DNA from: a virus
DNA length: 60,145 bases
Strand: one strand, 5' to 3'
Virus record (IMG/VR): IMGVR_UViG_3300049893_003322
The first letter of the stretch is position 1, and every line of letters begins with the position of its first letter. A model generated the notes under the pieces. The model saw only the letters and a list, made by a program, of their open reading frames with translations. It ran no database searches and was not told the DNA's origin. Both the position numbers and the translations under genes were made by a program. Positions 34,964 to 45,219 of this stretch are shown piece by piece.

Positions 34964-35935
34964 TCATAGCCCCTCCGGCGTAAGGAGCCTGTCGACTGCA
35001 GCTACTTGTGTCGCGCTCGTTACATGCGTGTAGATTTGCGTGGTGCGGATATCCGCGTGTCCCATGAGGGTCTGCACCGTACGCAAATCCACCTCGGCAT
35101 TTAGCAAATCGGTCGCAAACGTGTGCCGAAGTGTATGCGGTCCAAAAGGCGCCCCGTGCAACGTAGGTGCCAAGCCGGCCGCGTCGCGAATTGTCGCGAA
35201 TATCCGATCACCCTCTCGACGACTTAGCCGTCGTCCTCTGTGCATGAACACCGGTTGACTAGGATACGCGGTAAGCGGCCCCAGGATGTGGTGCAGGACA
35301 TCCCAAGACGTGTCTTTATCGACGAGCCGACCGACTTCTCGCAACAACAAGGAGCGCAACAGTCGACGACCGGCGCGAGCCGACAATGGCAAGTCTCGAG
35401 GACGACCGCCTTTTCCCTGAATACGGAGCGCCACGCTCTCGCCAAGTAGCTGAACATCCCGGTAGGAAAGCTGGCAGCTTTCCTGAAGGCGTACACCGTG
35501 TCGCCATACGTCGAGAAGTGCAGTCCAGTGAGGTCCCTCCGGCCCGGCAAGCGCAGGCGAGGAGTAAAGGGCTTCTAACATACTGTAATCCTTGATCGGC
35601 CTGGGCAATCCCGGCACACGACGCGCCCCACGCAAGGCTCGCGCAGGATTTTCTGGAAACACTTTCGGCAGAGCGTCAAAGAACGCGATCAGGGCATACC
35701 GATCTCCGCGAATCTTGGCGCTGCCGGCACCTCCTTCCAGGCGACGCCGCCATGCTCGTAGATTCTCGGCCAAATCGGGCAGCGCCAGCAATTCATTCGA
35801 CGCTACGACGAGGGGCACCTCTCGCGCCAGTCGTACCAGATTTGTGCGGTACACCTCTCGACTCCGAGGCGCCAGGGCCGGACTACGAGTTTCCCACACT
35901 CGGTCAGCCTGCGCGAGAACATCGTCGAAGATCAT
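34964..35935 (-). CDS. int: tyrosine recombinase / phage integrase
   Basis: C-terminal [39 protein letters not shown] is the tyrosine-recombinase catalytic signature (R...HxxR...Y). The ATG overlaps the nadV stop. Confidence 0.85.
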   Translation of the reverse strand: MIFDDVLAQADRVWETRSPALAPRSREVYRTNLVRLAREVPLVVASNELLALPDLAENLRAWRRRLEGGAGSAKIRGDRYALIAFFDALPKVFPENPARALRGARRVPGLPRPIKDYSMLEALYSSPALAGPEGPHWTALLDVWRHGVRLQESCQLSYRDVQLLGESVALRIQGKGGRPRDLPLSARAGRRLLRSLLLREVGRLVDKDTSWDVLHHILGPLTAYPSQPVFMHRGRRLSRREGDRIFATIRDAAGLAPTLHGAPFGPHTLRHTFATDLLNAEVDLRTVQTLMGHADIRTTQIYTHVTSATQVAAVDRLLTPEGL

Positions 35936-37320
35936 CGGCCTCCTCCTCCGAGCGCTCGCGCTCGAATTTCTGCGAGAGTAGTGAGCTGACGGACGAACGT
36001 ACCGGTGTCCCACACCACGTCAAGAATGTCGTGCAAACCAGGAGTGTCGTAGGGCACCGTAGAGAATGTCTCACCGTCTTTCACCAGCTTTATCTTCCCA
36101 GACTTGCTCCATTTGCCCGGATCCGTGCTCGGCTGTTTGCTCACATTGATGTACTGTGTGCCCCGCTTGATGTAACTGGGCTTCATGGCAAACCGTTGCG
36201 TGTCTCGATCCAGCTTTTGCAGCAACGCTCCGCCCATGCCAAACGCGAGCGGGTCCGTCGACCAGCCGCGTAATTTGAGTGCCTCCAGAATACGGCCCGT
36301 CTCCTCGAGGTCCACCCCGTCACCTTGGATCACCCGCACCGTGTTCAAGACCTTGTAGCCCTTGTTATTTACCGTGTAGCCGAATCGGTTGCCCAAGAGT
36401 TCGAAAATCTTGCGCACAACCTGGTTGGGTTCGCCGGAATCCGGACGAATAACAAGTTGAGCCGGCAGGCGCTGTACCCGCTCTTTGAGCATTTGGCCCC
36501 AGAGTACATCAACGGCTTCGTACACATCGTGCGTGTCAGACACGGCCGCCACCATCGAACTCATCCCATACGTGTCGAGAATGTGCGCGAATGCTTCCAA
36601 CTCTGTCGGCCAACTCATCACAATCGAGTGCTCGGAGGCTGGAATTGAATAGCCGCCCAGGGAAGCGCCGTAATGCTTGCGCACGTACTCCAGAGCGGCA
36701 ACGTTGTCCGTTCCCTGGAAGTTGATCAGATGCGCAAAACCGCCAATGCCGGCTGATTCTTCGGACGATACGCCGCGATACCCAAAGTCGTGAAGAGCGA
36801 AATTAACGTTTTCCGGTCTTCCTGTCTCTTCCAGATACCGCAGAATGAGCTTCCGCATGTGATACGAAACTGTCGCAACTGTGGTGGGATACCACAACGC
36901 CCGCTGAATCGCGGTCTCATAGAAACCGGGTACCCAAGCCCAAGAAGAATCTTCGAGACTCGACTCGACAGTGAGTAGCACATTGCGTGTTGGAACTACG
37001 AGGCCCTCCGGAACGCTACGCACCCGGAGTGGCGGGTAGCCGCCAAATTCATCCACAATGCGTCGAAAGGCGCCGCGATTGAAGACGCCGTGACCCATAT
37101 GCTCCGTGATCAAGGCGTCCGCATAGTTTACGTCGTCGTGTGTAATGGGTCGCGGAAAGAGTGTGCGAAGCCCGCCCTGAATGCCGCACACGAGAGTTTC
37201 CGGATACACACCGCCGCGCGACTCCGCGTACCAGTACATGTACGAAAGGTCCGGTGGATACAGGCGCCAGTGAGAATACTTGTACGAGTCGGCGCGCAAA
37301 GCAGGATGTAATGCAGTCAT
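35932..37320 (-). CDS. nadV: nicotinamide phosphoribosyltransferase (NAMPT)
   Basis: 462 aa, colinear with NAMPT. Conserved [18 protein letters not shown] and VIQGDGVD-like blocks. Confidence 0.85.
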   Translation of the reverse strand: MTALHPALRADSYKYSHWRLYPPDLSYMYWYAESRGGVYPETLVCGIQGGLRTLFPRPITHDDVNYADALITEHMGHGVFNRGAFRRIVDEFGGYPPLRVRSVPEGLVVPTRNVLLTVESSLEDSSWAWVPGFYETAIQRALWYPTTVATVSYHMRKLILRYLEETGRPENVNFALHDFGYRGVSSEESAGIGGFAHLINFQGTDNVAALEYVRKHYGASLGGYSIPASEHSIVMSWPTELEAFAHILDTYGMSSMVAAVSDTHDVYEAVDVLWGQMLKERVQRLPAQLVIRPDSGEPNQVVRKIFELLGNRFGYTVNNKGYKVLNTVRVIQGDGVDLEETGRILEALKLRGWSTDPLAFGMGGALLQKLDRDTQRFAMKPSYIKRGTQYINVSKQPSTDPGKWSKSGKIKLVKDGETFSTVPYDTPGLHDILDVVWDTGTFVRQLTTLAEIRARALGGGGR

Positions 37321-38285
37321 TGTAGTTTCCCTTTCCGGTACGCAGCAAGCTCCAGAGTTGCCGTAAGGGTTGCCGCGAACGGTTGATGTTCTGGCACCAA
37401 CTGGTCTCGCCAGGACTCAGCGAGAGGCGCCCACACTACGTCATCCAGATCGTCTCCCGCCGCAGACTGTCCCGAGATGTAGCTAGCGAGGAAGAATGCG
37501 CTCATGATTTGGTCTATTTCTCCCCGGTATCGCCAGTCCGAAATACGCCGACTTTCTAGGTACGCCAGAATGCAGCACTCCACCCCTGTTTCCTCCCGAA
37601 CCTCACGACAAGCGTCTTCCTCTAACGACGCACTCTCCGGCGTCGTGAATCCACCGGGAAATCGATACAGCGCTCCGTCGGTCAGCTTCCGCCCCAGCAA
37701 AATCGTACGAGCGTCAAAATCGACTACTGCTGTGTCGACTGCCATGTAGTTAGTGGGAAACTGGTTGAAGCTTGCCGCAATCAGCCCAGCCCGAAAGTCT
37801 ACCGAGTGTGCGTATTGATTCGCGATGCGCCGACGAATACTACTGGCGCTTACCTGTCGATCGGACTGCAGGGCGCAGGTAGGGAACCTCCCGTGGTAAT
37901 AAGGAACAAACGAGTCGCGTCCGCCCAGGAGTACGACCGTCTGGTGTGGCAAGAGGAGTGTTTGCAACAACTTGTCAAGAGTCGCGCTCCAGACGATGTC
38001 TGTGCGGCAATCGTAGAGCGGGTAGCACTCTGCGGAAGGAAAATGGTCCTTGATGAGACTTTCCCGCACCGGAAAGGTCAGGGGATTTCGCAAACTGCCT
38101 TTTACCTGACTGACGCCCAGAAGTACGATCATGCGATCGTATCGCTGGCGCACGGCCTCCAGGAGCTCGAGATGCGCTTCGTGCAACTCGTGAATCTGAA
38201 ACCGACCAACGACGACGCCGACATCCGCGTTCGGCAAGGAGAGCATCATAGGAGTTTTTCCACATCGCGAGAAGGCCTCGTCCAC
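37317..38285 (-). CDS. natV: bifunctional NMN adenylyltransferase / Nudix hydrolase (NatV-like)
   Basis: N-terminal cytidylyltransferase-like (H/T)xGH region GRFQIHELHEAH. C-terminal Nudix box (REVREETGVE). Stop overlaps the nadV start by 4 nt. Confidence 0.75.
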   Translation of the reverse strand: MDEAFSRCGKTPMMLSLPNADVGVVVGRFQIHELHEAHLELLEAVRQRYDRMIVLLGVSQVKGSLRNPLTFPVRESLIKDHFPSAECYPLYDCRTDIVWSATLDKLLQTLLLPHQTVVLLGGRDSFVPYYHGRFPTCALQSDRQVSASSIRRRIANQYAHSVDFRAGLIAASFNQFPTNYMAVDTAVVDFDARTILLGRKLTDGALYRFPGGFTTPESASLEEDACREVREETGVECCILAYLESRRISDWRYRGEIDQIMSAFFLASYISGQSAAGDDLDDVVWAPLAESWRDQLVPEHQPFAATLTATLELAAYRKGKLQ

Positions 38286-38318
38286 TTTCGAAGATACCGG
38301 GCGTGATTCATAGTGCGG

Positions 38319-38612
38319 CTAGGTGAGTTGGCTGCGCAGCTCGTCGGGCTGCTCGTCATAGGGAATGTCGAACGCGTCCACCAATTCCGATCGTACAATG
38401 AGCCCCGTAGAGCCGGATACCTCGGGCATACTGCGCACCTTCGCGATGAGCGCGGTCCACCGCTGCTCTTCCGCATCGTTCTGTGCACGCAGTTCTTCCG
38501 TCTCCAGCCACGGCTGTCGAAATTGGCGAAACAAGCTACGCTCTCGCTCGAACTCGCGCAGCAGGCTCTCGCGCGACCGACTCATGCTCATCCAGCGATT
38601 CGGGTTGTTCAT
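38319..38612 (-). CDS. hypothetical protein
   Basis: 97-aa charged ORF. Confidence 0.4.
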   Translation of the reverse strand: MNNPNRWMSMSRSRESLLREFERERSLFRQFRQPWLETEELRAQNDAEEQRWTALIAKVRSMPEVSGSTGLIVRSELVDAFDIPYDEQPDELRSQLT

Positions 38613-38667
38613 CTGTCCTCCTGGAGTGGGTGATTACTCGCACGTTGATCGTCGACAGGGACAATAG

Positions 38668-39045
38668 TCATGGGCTAGACCTCGTCGAAAGTCGAGCAGC
38701 TCGAGCCTTGGCCAGATTGTCAAGCTGCTTCTGTGTTGGCGCACGTTTCGGCCTGGCGATCGTTGTAATCCCCAGGTCTCGCATTGCGTTGATGTAATTC
38801 GCCGCTGCGCCAGCGCCAGCCTGCTCTTGAATGGTCTTCATCAGCACCTGGTGTAAGGCCGGAGTCTTTCGCACCGCGCGATACACAGCCATACCCAAGG
38901 CCGAGAGTTCTGGTGACATGAACTCACCCAACGCGTGTGATGCGAAAGCCGGTCGGCCGCGCACGAACAGAAAACTGTCGGTCGTATCGTTTTCCGGCGC
39001 GGGATGCTTGTACGCGAATGCTGGTGCCGACGCGCTGCGACACAA
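38668..39045 (-). CDS. hypothetical protein
   Basis: 125-aa ORF. The start may be the internal Met MSPELS. Confidence 0.35.
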   Translation of the reverse strand: MCRSASAPAFAYKHPAPENDTTDSFLFVRGRPAFASHALGEFMSPELSALGMAVYRAVRKTPALHQVLMKTIQEQAGAGAAANYINAMRDLGITTIARPKRAPTQKQLDNLAKARAARLSTRSSP

Positions 39046-39109
39046 AGAACGAATCGCGAAGACGAAGGGTTCTCCACGGATATTTCGCTTTCATAAGACC
39101 TCCAAAAGG

Positions 39110-39880
39110 TTATGTCCCACAAGGGATTGCGGAGAATACGTTGTTAGCCCGCGTATTGTCAATTACCGGTAAGGCTCGGACAGCTACCGGCAAGGCTCGG
39201 ACAGCCCGGTTCAACCCCGGCGCTTTCCGCCCGTGGGCGACATAGGACACCGCTCCGACTTTGGACCAGCAGCGCCGACACCCGTGATCGTCGCAGTGTT
39301 TGAAGGCCGTAGCGGTGGCCGGGCAGCTGATTGCTGTCTCTTCGACGTGCACGGTAGTTCCGGCTGAAAGTCCCGGAATACTCGGAGCGGGATCTTCGCT
39401 ACCAAGAGCCGACGGTCGCACTGTCACATTGGGCAGGGCAGCGAGTTCCTGCAGTACGGGCAGCATCAGCGGTCGGACCCACTCCCGGGTCGGAATCCAA
39501 AACTTGATCCAAGGTAGTGCCGTGCAGATTGCTACCCAAGCCTTGGCGTAAGGAATCGAGAACAAGTCGCCGCTATCGTGAACACGAAAGTGAGGGTCTG
39601 TTGGATCCACGCAACGCGCCAACTCTGCGATCATATCGCGTACGAAATGACCATTGGCAAGACCTGCGCGCACCCACGCCAACCGGCGCATTTGGGCGTT
39701 GCGCACAGTCGGCCAGGTATAGTTTCCGCTCATCGCGTAGCACGCACCACAAATCGACAGCGGCCCTTTGAGTCGATTGGCGATTTTGGACGCTGGGCAC
39801 GTTACTCCAGCAGGGAGGGAAAAGGAAAAGCCGGGCATTTTGCCCGGCCGAGTGAGAATCTTCGACGTCTTTCTTGTCAT
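39110..39880 (-). CDS. hypothetical protein (Cys-rich)
   Basis: 256 aa. Multiple Cys and a 21-bp tandem repeat encoding RAVRALPVAVRALPV near the C-terminus. Confidence 0.45.
   Translation of the reverse strand: MTRKTSKILTRPGKMPGFSFSLPAGVTCPASKIANRLKGPLSICGACYAMSGNYTWPTVRNAQMRRLAWVRAGLANGHFVRDMIAELARCVDPTDPHFRVHDSGDLFSIPYAKAWVAICTALPWIKFWIPTREWVRPLMLPVLQELAALPNVTVRPSALGSEDPAPSIPGLSAGTTVHVEETAISCPATATAFKHCDDHGCRRCWSKVGAVSYVAHGRKAPGLNRAVRALPVAVRALPVIDNTRANNVFSAIPCGT
39165..39206. repeat. 21-bp tandem direct repeat x2 inside a CDS
   Basis: TACCGGTAAGGCTCGGACAGC followed by TACCGGCAAGGCTCGGACAGC. Confidence 0.8.
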
Positions 39881-39881
39881 G

Positions 39882-40244
39882 TTATGCCTCGTTAGGGGTT
39901 GTGGATTCCGAGCTCTTTTCGATTTGAAAGAGCGGAACGATCCTTACGTGAAAGCGTCGCCCCGCCGTGTCGGTTACGACATTCTTATTCAGTTCCTCCA
40001 AACACCGCGCTAACGCTCGTTCTACTTCCTCAGCATCTGCCAGTATCAGTTCGTCCATCGTGACCGGAAACTGCAAGCCCTCGGCACTATTGTCATACAC
40101 GCCGCCCAACTGAATCTTGCTGTTGCGAGCTTCACGCACGGCAAGTTGCAGCTGGGCGAGCGTAGCCTCGAGCTGCCGATCGAGCTGCGTCGCGTACGAG
40201 ATGAATTCCGTAAGGTAGTGCCGAGCTCGCGTCGAGGTTTTCAT
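39882..40244 (-). CDS. hypothetical protein
   Basis: Internal Met MKTSTRARHY overlaps the previous stop. Confidence 0.4.
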   Translation of the reverse strand: MKTSTRARHYLTEFISYATQLDRQLEATLAQLQLAVREARNSKIQLGGVYDNSAEGLQFPVTMDELILADAEEVERALARCLEELNKNVVTDTAGRRFHVRIVPLFQIEKSSESTTPNEA

Positions 40245-40564
40245 GTTATGCTCCAGGGAATTAGTCGATGCCACCAAGGGCGCGTGGATATCGAGCGGTT
40301 ATGGTTAAGATCCGGGCGTTCGCCTTCGACATTCAGGCCGGCGAGACGATCGTAGTATTCGCACGAGGCCGAGTGTGCTTCTGACGACTTGTTTGCGGCA
40401 ATTGCTCGAGCCGTGGCCTCCAAATACGCTGCTTCTTCCGCTGCTTCTCTCGCTTTGCGCTCAGCCAGGACACGCCGAGCGTGGTCATGGTCGACCCAGC
40501 CGCCGAGTACTCGTTCAGGCGGCGGACGAAAGTTGGGTATGATCCAGTAGTCGTCGTCACTCAT
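40241..40564 (-). CDS. hypothetical protein
   Basis: Internal Met MSDDDYW overlaps the thyX stop region (ATGA). Confidence 0.35.
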   Translation of the reverse strand: MSDDDYWIIPNFRPPPERVLGGWVDHDHARRVLAERKAREAAEEAAYLEATARAIAANKSSEAHSASCEYYDRLAGLNVEGERPDLNHNRSISTRPWWHRLIPWSIT

Positions 40565-41322
40565 ACCTTCGGATAGCGGCATTCCACAAATCCGCCCTCC
40601 ACCGAAAAATCGTGGAAAAACTCCGGCAACCATATCCGAAAGTCTGACGTTAGTGCACAAGCCAAGCGGCGGATTTCACGCTCTGTTCCAGGCGCACCTC
40701 GTAGTGCGCAGAAATGACGCCAAGCTCGCACGTTCGCCGTAACAACCAGTTTGGTTTCGGCGGCGTTTGGCAACACCGATCGCGCAGCTTCGCGCACAAC
40801 CTTGCGGCGTTCCGTTGCGTCTAGGATGTGCTGGTACTCTACAAACAGACGTTCGCACAGCACTCCGTACATCTCAAGAGCTTCCGCCATCGACGCTTCC
40901 CACACCGCCTCTGCATCTGTGTGAACAATTGCTGGCGGCACCACAAACGCAATAGCGGACGACTCCACGTAACGCTGGCTCAACTGCGAATACGCCCAGC
41001 CGGCCCGGTGACGCACCCACTCGTGCGTAAGCGATCGAGAAACGCCTTCCACGAGCACCGAGAAGTTGGCGTGCTCGAGCACACTCCCATGTCCTTGCTG
41101 CAACAAGTTGGCAATGTAGTCCTTTGTCGATCGATTACTCGGGTTGTGCCACGACTGGTAGCAATTGCGTCCGGCGAATTCCACCAGTTGCGCGCCCTGT
41201 CCACTTACTGTATCGTAGGCAGCTTCCGGCTCTGCCCAACGAATCGGAATGTGGCCGGGCGAAACAAATGCGGGCATCCCGATCAGCGTAATCGCAGGGT
41301 CGTAAATCTTCTTGATGGCCAT
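40561..41322 (-). CDS. thyX: flavin-dependent thymidylate synthase
   Basis: The ThyX signature RHRAGWAYSQLSQRY (RHRx7S) is present. 253 aa. Confidence 0.85.
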   Translation of the reverse strand: MAIKKIYDPAITLIGMPAFVSPGHIPIRWAEPEAAYDTVSGQGAQLVEFAGRNCYQSWHNPSNRSTKDYIANLLQQGHGSVLEHANFSVLVEGVSRSLTHEWVRHRAGWAYSQLSQRYVESSAIAFVVPPAIVHTDAEAVWEASMAEALEMYGVLCERLFVEYQHILDATERRKVVREAARSVLPNAAETKLVVTANVRAWRHFCALRGAPGTEREIRRLACALTSDFRIWLPEFFHDFSVEGGFVECRYPKV

Positions 41323-41337
41323 GTAACGTTCCTTGGG

Positions 41338-41571
41338 TCAAAGGACTGTGAACTGCGAGAGTAGGACGCGCCGCGAGCCCGGATGGTCAGTCGCGTGCGA
41401 GACGAGAGACTGCAACGCTTGACCCGCTTCTGCGCGAGTCACCGCACGACGGTCGCGACCTACCGTCAGCCGTGCGTCTCGGTCCTTGGGATGCCAGAAT
41501 GCCTGCACGGTATCGTGTCCTACGGCGTAGTACCTGCGGCGTCGAGTCGTCCTCTGGGTGCGGGTCGTCAT
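41338..41571 (-). CDS. small basic hypothetical protein
   Basis: 77-aa ORF with an Arg-rich N-terminus. Confidence 0.3.
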   Translation of the reverse strand: MTTRTQRTTRRRRYYAVGHDTVQAFWHPKDRDARLTVGRDRRAVTRAEAGQALQSLVSHATDHPGSRRVLLSQFTVL

Positions 41572-41614
41572 TTAAGGTGAACCTCCTCAGGGCGAAGGTT
41601 GTCAGCATCAGCGC

Positions 41615-41824
41615 TCAAGCTCTCGACGCAGAAACCACGACAGCGTACGCACCCGTGCGATATTTCCGCCCGTTCACAGTGTACCACCCCCGCCCAAGCG
41701 ACCTGCAGATCGCCGTAGCTCCGCGAAAGTAGAATAGCCCGCCAACCGGAATATCCTTATAGAGGGCGTTGCCCAGCTTGAGATGTTGCGCCCAGAGGCG
41801 CACAGCCAACTCGCGTCGTCGCAT
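41615..41824 (-). CDS. small hypothetical protein
   Basis: 69-aa ORF. Confidence 0.3.
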   Translation of the reverse strand: MRRRELAVRLWAQHLKLGNALYKDIPVGGLFYFRGATAICRSLGRGWYTVNGRKYRTGAYAVVVSASRA

Positions 41825-41828
41825 CAGA

Positions 41829-42140
41829 CTAATCCTCCAAGATGACTCGTCGTTTAACCGCCTGGTCGCGCTCCTTTGCTACCGACTTCAACTCCTCGGG
41901 CATGGGTTCCAGCACGATAGTGCGTCCCCGAAGGCGCACATATTCGTAATCTCCCACAATCTCCGTAGGCAATCCCTGCACCATTTCCTGCGTGTGTCGA
42001 CACGAGCGATGCTGGTTAGGCCGCTTGTTCGTCCAGCGGGGACAATCGCAGGTCAACCGTCCATCCTCTTGCACCATAGCTACGTAAATGGTTCCGGGTC
42101 TCGACTTAGACGGAAAAGCTTTCGCAGTACGCACGATCAA
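41829..42140 (-). CDS. SWIM-type zinc-finger protein (paralog of the DNA ligase N-terminus)
   Basis: DGRLTCDCPRWTNKRPNQHRSCRHT matches the CxCx(n)CxH pattern. It is homologous to DGKLTCDCPGWTVRRGDQPRQCKHT in the ligase at 45220..46338. Confidence 0.55.
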   Translation of the reverse strand: MIVRTAKAFPSKSRPGTIYVAMVQEDGRLTCDCPRWTNKRPNQHRSCRHTQEMVQGLPTEIVGDYEYVRLRGRTIVLEPMPEELKSVAKERDQAVKRRVILED

Positions 42141-43066
42141 TCCTCGAGAACAACTCGCCGCCGTGGCAGCTCCACTCCAAGCTCGTCGAGGGCAATCTTC
42201 ATCTCCTCCAACCCAAGCTTCACCGAGCTTCGCAGAGTGCGACTTCGCAAATCGTAGGACGACACCCCGTTCAGAAGGTCACGCGCCTGATCCACCACGG
42301 CTGCCAACTCACGATCGTTGGTGATATTTCGGCGAGAGAACGTGTCCAGGAACGTATTGAACTTGTCCAGGAACGCTTGGCGCGGCACTTTCACCTTTCC
42401 TCGCGGCTCAACCAGGCGCGTTTCCAGCCCCAGGACGAACTCCGCCAGACCCCCTCGCAACGCGTCCCGCATTTCCTGGGCAGCCTCTTCCCACCGCTGG
42501 GCCATCTTTTCCCGTTCGCGGGCGTACAAAAACGCGTCCAGGGCCGAGAGCTGTCCGGGAGTGGCGAACTGCACGTACTCCCACTCCAGGCGATACGCCT
42601 TGGCCAACACGTCCGCCTGCGGGTAGTCGGCCTCTCGGTACAGTCCGGGGAGGCGCACCCGAACACTCTCCTTGATGCGCGGGTACGCGTCGATCAGGGC
42701 TGCTACCAGCTGACTGCGCACAGCTTGGAACGCCTGCATGCGCGTGTCCACCTCAAGCAGCATGCCGATCGGCAACGTGTAGGTGCCGGCCTTGAACGGC
42801 GATTGGAGGCACACGCTGTCGATGTAGCGCCGAATCTCGCCGTTTTGTGACTCGAGCGCTTTGAACTCGGGCGCGTCCATCAGACGCTTGGTCATGCCGA
42901 GCAAGGAGCGATCCACCTGCTCGCCTTCGCTCACCTTGATGTCCACATTCGTACCGACTTTGATCTTCCGGTAGTTGCCCAGGGAGTGAATGGTGAGGAT
43001 GAAGATGCAGGCTCGCGTCTCGAGTTCCTGCGTCAGCGCGTCGTTGTTGGTCATGATGATCTCCAA
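42137..43066 (-). CDS. hypothetical protein
   Basis: 309-aa alpha-helical ORF in operon. Confidence 0.5.
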   Translation of the reverse strand: MEIIMTNNDALTQELETRACIFILTIHSLGNYRKIKVGTNVDIKVSEGEQVDRSLLGMTKRLMDAPEFKALESQNGEIRRYIDSVCLQSPFKAGTYTLPIGMLLEVDTRMQAFQAVRSQLVAALIDAYPRIKESVRVRLPGLYREADYPQADVLAKAYRLEWEYVQFATPGQLSALDAFLYAREREKMAQRWEEAAQEMRDALRGGLAEFVLGLETRLVEPRGKVKVPRQAFLDKFNTFLDTFSRRNITNDRELAAVVDQARDLLNGVSSYDLRSRTLRSSVKLGLEEMKIALDELGVELPRRRVVLED

Positions 43067-43083
43067 AGGGATGAGAGGAGTGC

Positions 43084-43299
43084 TTACTCGTGCGCGTGTT
43101 GGTCCTGCGTGTGCTGCGCGTGCGTGTGCCCCTGGACGTCCGCGCGCTTCACCCGCTCGACCGTACCGCCAGCCAGGGCGGCCATGTGCCGAAGGAACTG
43201 TTCCGCGTTGCTGTGATTCGCACCCGACACCTTGTTGGTGATGGTTTTGATAGTGCCGTCATCGAGGATCTCGATCTCGAGCGTGTCGAAAGCGTGCAT
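43084..43299 (-). CDS. small His-rich protein
   Basis: Internal Met with GGAGG upstream. C-terminal HTHAQHTQDQHAHE. Confidence 0.4.
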   Translation of the reverse strand: MHAFDTLEIEILDDGTIKTITNKVSGANHSNAEQFLRHMAALAGGTVERVKRADVQGHTHAQHTQDQHAHE

Positions 43300-43301
43300 G
43301 G

Positions 43302-43622
43302 CTAGTACCTCCGCTGCAGAGTGAGTTTTGTGTCTTCTGTTTTCTTGACTTGCCACCCGAAACGTCGGGCGCTCGCAGCAACCACTTGACGGGAGTACGC
43401 GCGCTTGAGTGCGTTCTGGTCCGCGATGTCGAATGTCCGGTTGCCGGTAACGGTCAGCTTGCCGTTCGCAAAGGTGCCTTCGAACGTAGCTCCGACGAAC
43501 CTCAGCTGGGTTGCCAACTCCGATACCTCGTACCCCTCTTCTCGTAGCGCGCTTGCGAACAACGTGCGATCGGTCACGTCATTGAACTCCACTCTGGATG
43601 TTTCTTGCGTGTAACAAGGCAT
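43302..43622 (-). CDS. hypothetical protein
   Basis: 106-aa ORF. Confidence 0.4.
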   Translation of the reverse strand: MPCYTQETSRVEFNDVTDRTLFASALREEGYEVSELATQLRFVGATFEGTFANGKLTVTGNRTFDIADQNALKRAYSRQVVAASARRFGWQVKKTEDTKLTLQRRY

Positions 43623-43625
43623 GTG

Positions 43626-45140
43626 TCAGACCTCCTCTGCAGTGAGCGTAACACGGCGACTGACCGGTGACATCGGTGTCGCCGCTGGATTGTACTGGTA
43701 CACCCCCGGATAGGAGGCAGAGATGTAGGAATTGCTAGCTTCTTCTCGCAACTTCTGGATCGTCGCGCGGGCGCTCACGGACACTGGCACAATGTAGGCC
43801 GCCGCCTCAATCAAGGTGATGTTGAGCCGCCACGCCAGATCGCAACACATGCGAATCTCGGCGCCCGTCCAGCCATCGTCGGCCGGACGTGCGAATTTCT
43901 TCTTCGCCGTCGCAAAGTACTTCTTGAGGTAGAGTCTCCAGATGACTTCGCGCTCTTCCGTCGTCGGCAGATCGAAGTAGAACGTGCCGAACGAAAACCG
44001 CCGCCGCAGCTCCGGCGGCAGGTTACTCATGGAATTGCAGGTTGCGATGTAGAGGGCACGCCCCTGTGCCACCGCATCTACGATCTTGAGCGCCTGCCGC
44101 AGATTGGCTCCAGACTGTCCCACCAGGCTCCCCTTCATGCCGGACAAGTCAAAGGCGATGGTAGGAATGCCGCCGGTGTTGCCCAAGGCCTTGGCGAACA
44201 TCGACTTGGACGCTCCTGGCGGACCCACACACAGCATACCGGTTGACCGCTTGTCCTGCATGTCGGTGAGGAGAGTGCCCAACATTTCCTGCGACGTGCC
44301 GCTCGTATCTCCCGCGCTCCCGATGTGCTTCTCGATTTCGTCGATAAACACCACGGCGCGCGGGGGCAGCTGGCCGGAAAGGATACTGCGTCCAAACTGC
44401 TTCACGTTTTCTATACCGCCAATCGCATCGAAAGTCTCATCACCGCGCCACACACTCAGGCCGGGTTGCGCCTCAATCACTTGCCGTTTGCGTTCCCACA
44501 AGAGGCCGAGGTCAATCCCCGCTTTCCGCAGGGACATGACAACGACCTGCTCGGCCGGAAATCTCGCCAGGCCGGCTGTTGCGCTGACCGCCTTGGCCAT
44601 CGTCTCCGAATCGGGCGGTGCCAGGCCAACGCCCTCGCACTGCTCTCTGATCACTGCTTCCAGCTGCACTTCGGTTGGCAGCGGGTCTTCGATTACGAGC
44701 ACGTCCGACTGCAACTCTGTCGGCAACGGAATGCTGGGACCGAGCAATACGAGCGTCCGCGTGTTTTTCTTGAAAGCCTCGCGCACGTTGTACACCGCCT
44801 GGGCGACGAAATCGTTCGTGATAAACCGATGCATGTTATGCATGAATATCGCCGCGTACTCTGGCAGCCGCAGTGCAAGGAGCAGAAATTCCGGAGCATT
44901 CGTGGTGGTAGTCTGGTCGGTGTTGTTGGCTCTCAGGAACTGTGCCCAGAGCGTTTCGCTTGCTGGAGTTATGCCGCGTCCGCCGCGTACGCAATCCCAC
45001 ACCAGCAGCATCGGGGTAGGCTGGCCTTGTTCCAGCACACTACTGAGCGTCTCGACAGCAGCAATTTGATCCGGCGTGTGAATGGCCACGACGGGTGCGG
45101 ACACACGACGCGCCTGTTGAAACTGTTGAAGCATAGTCAT
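43626..45140 (-). CDS. AAA+ ATPase
   Basis: Walker A LCVGPPGASKSMFAKALG in the C-terminal half. A large N-terminal domain gives 504 aa in total. Confidence 0.65.
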   Translation of the reverse strand: MTMLQQFQQARRVSAPVVAIHTPDQIAAVETLSSVLEQGQPTPMLLVWDCVRGGRGITPASETLWAQFLRANNTDQTTTTNAPEFLLLALRLPEYAAIFMHNMHRFITNDFVAQAVYNVREAFKKNTRTLVLLGPSIPLPTELQSDVLVIEDPLPTEVQLEAVIREQCEGVGLAPPDSETMAKAVSATAGLARFPAEQVVVMSLRKAGIDLGLLWERKRQVIEAQPGLSVWRGDETFDAIGGIENVKQFGRSILSGQLPPRAVVFIDEIEKHIGSAGDTSGTSQEMLGTLLTDMQDKRSTGMLCVGPPGASKSMFAKALGNTGGIPTIAFDLSGMKGSLVGQSGANLRQALKIVDAVAQGRALYIATCNSMSNLPPELRRRFSFGTFYFDLPTTEEREVIWRLYLKKYFATAKKKFARPADDGWTGAEIRMCCDLAWRLNITLIEAAAYIVPVSVSARATIQKLREEASNSYISASYPGVYQYNPAATPMSPVSRRVTLTAEEV

Positions 45141-45219
45141 CTGTTGTACTCCGTTAGGAAAGGAGAGAACCAGGGTACGCCTTTAGCATTCCCAACTGCG
45201 GACGCGATTTCCGCGCGCC

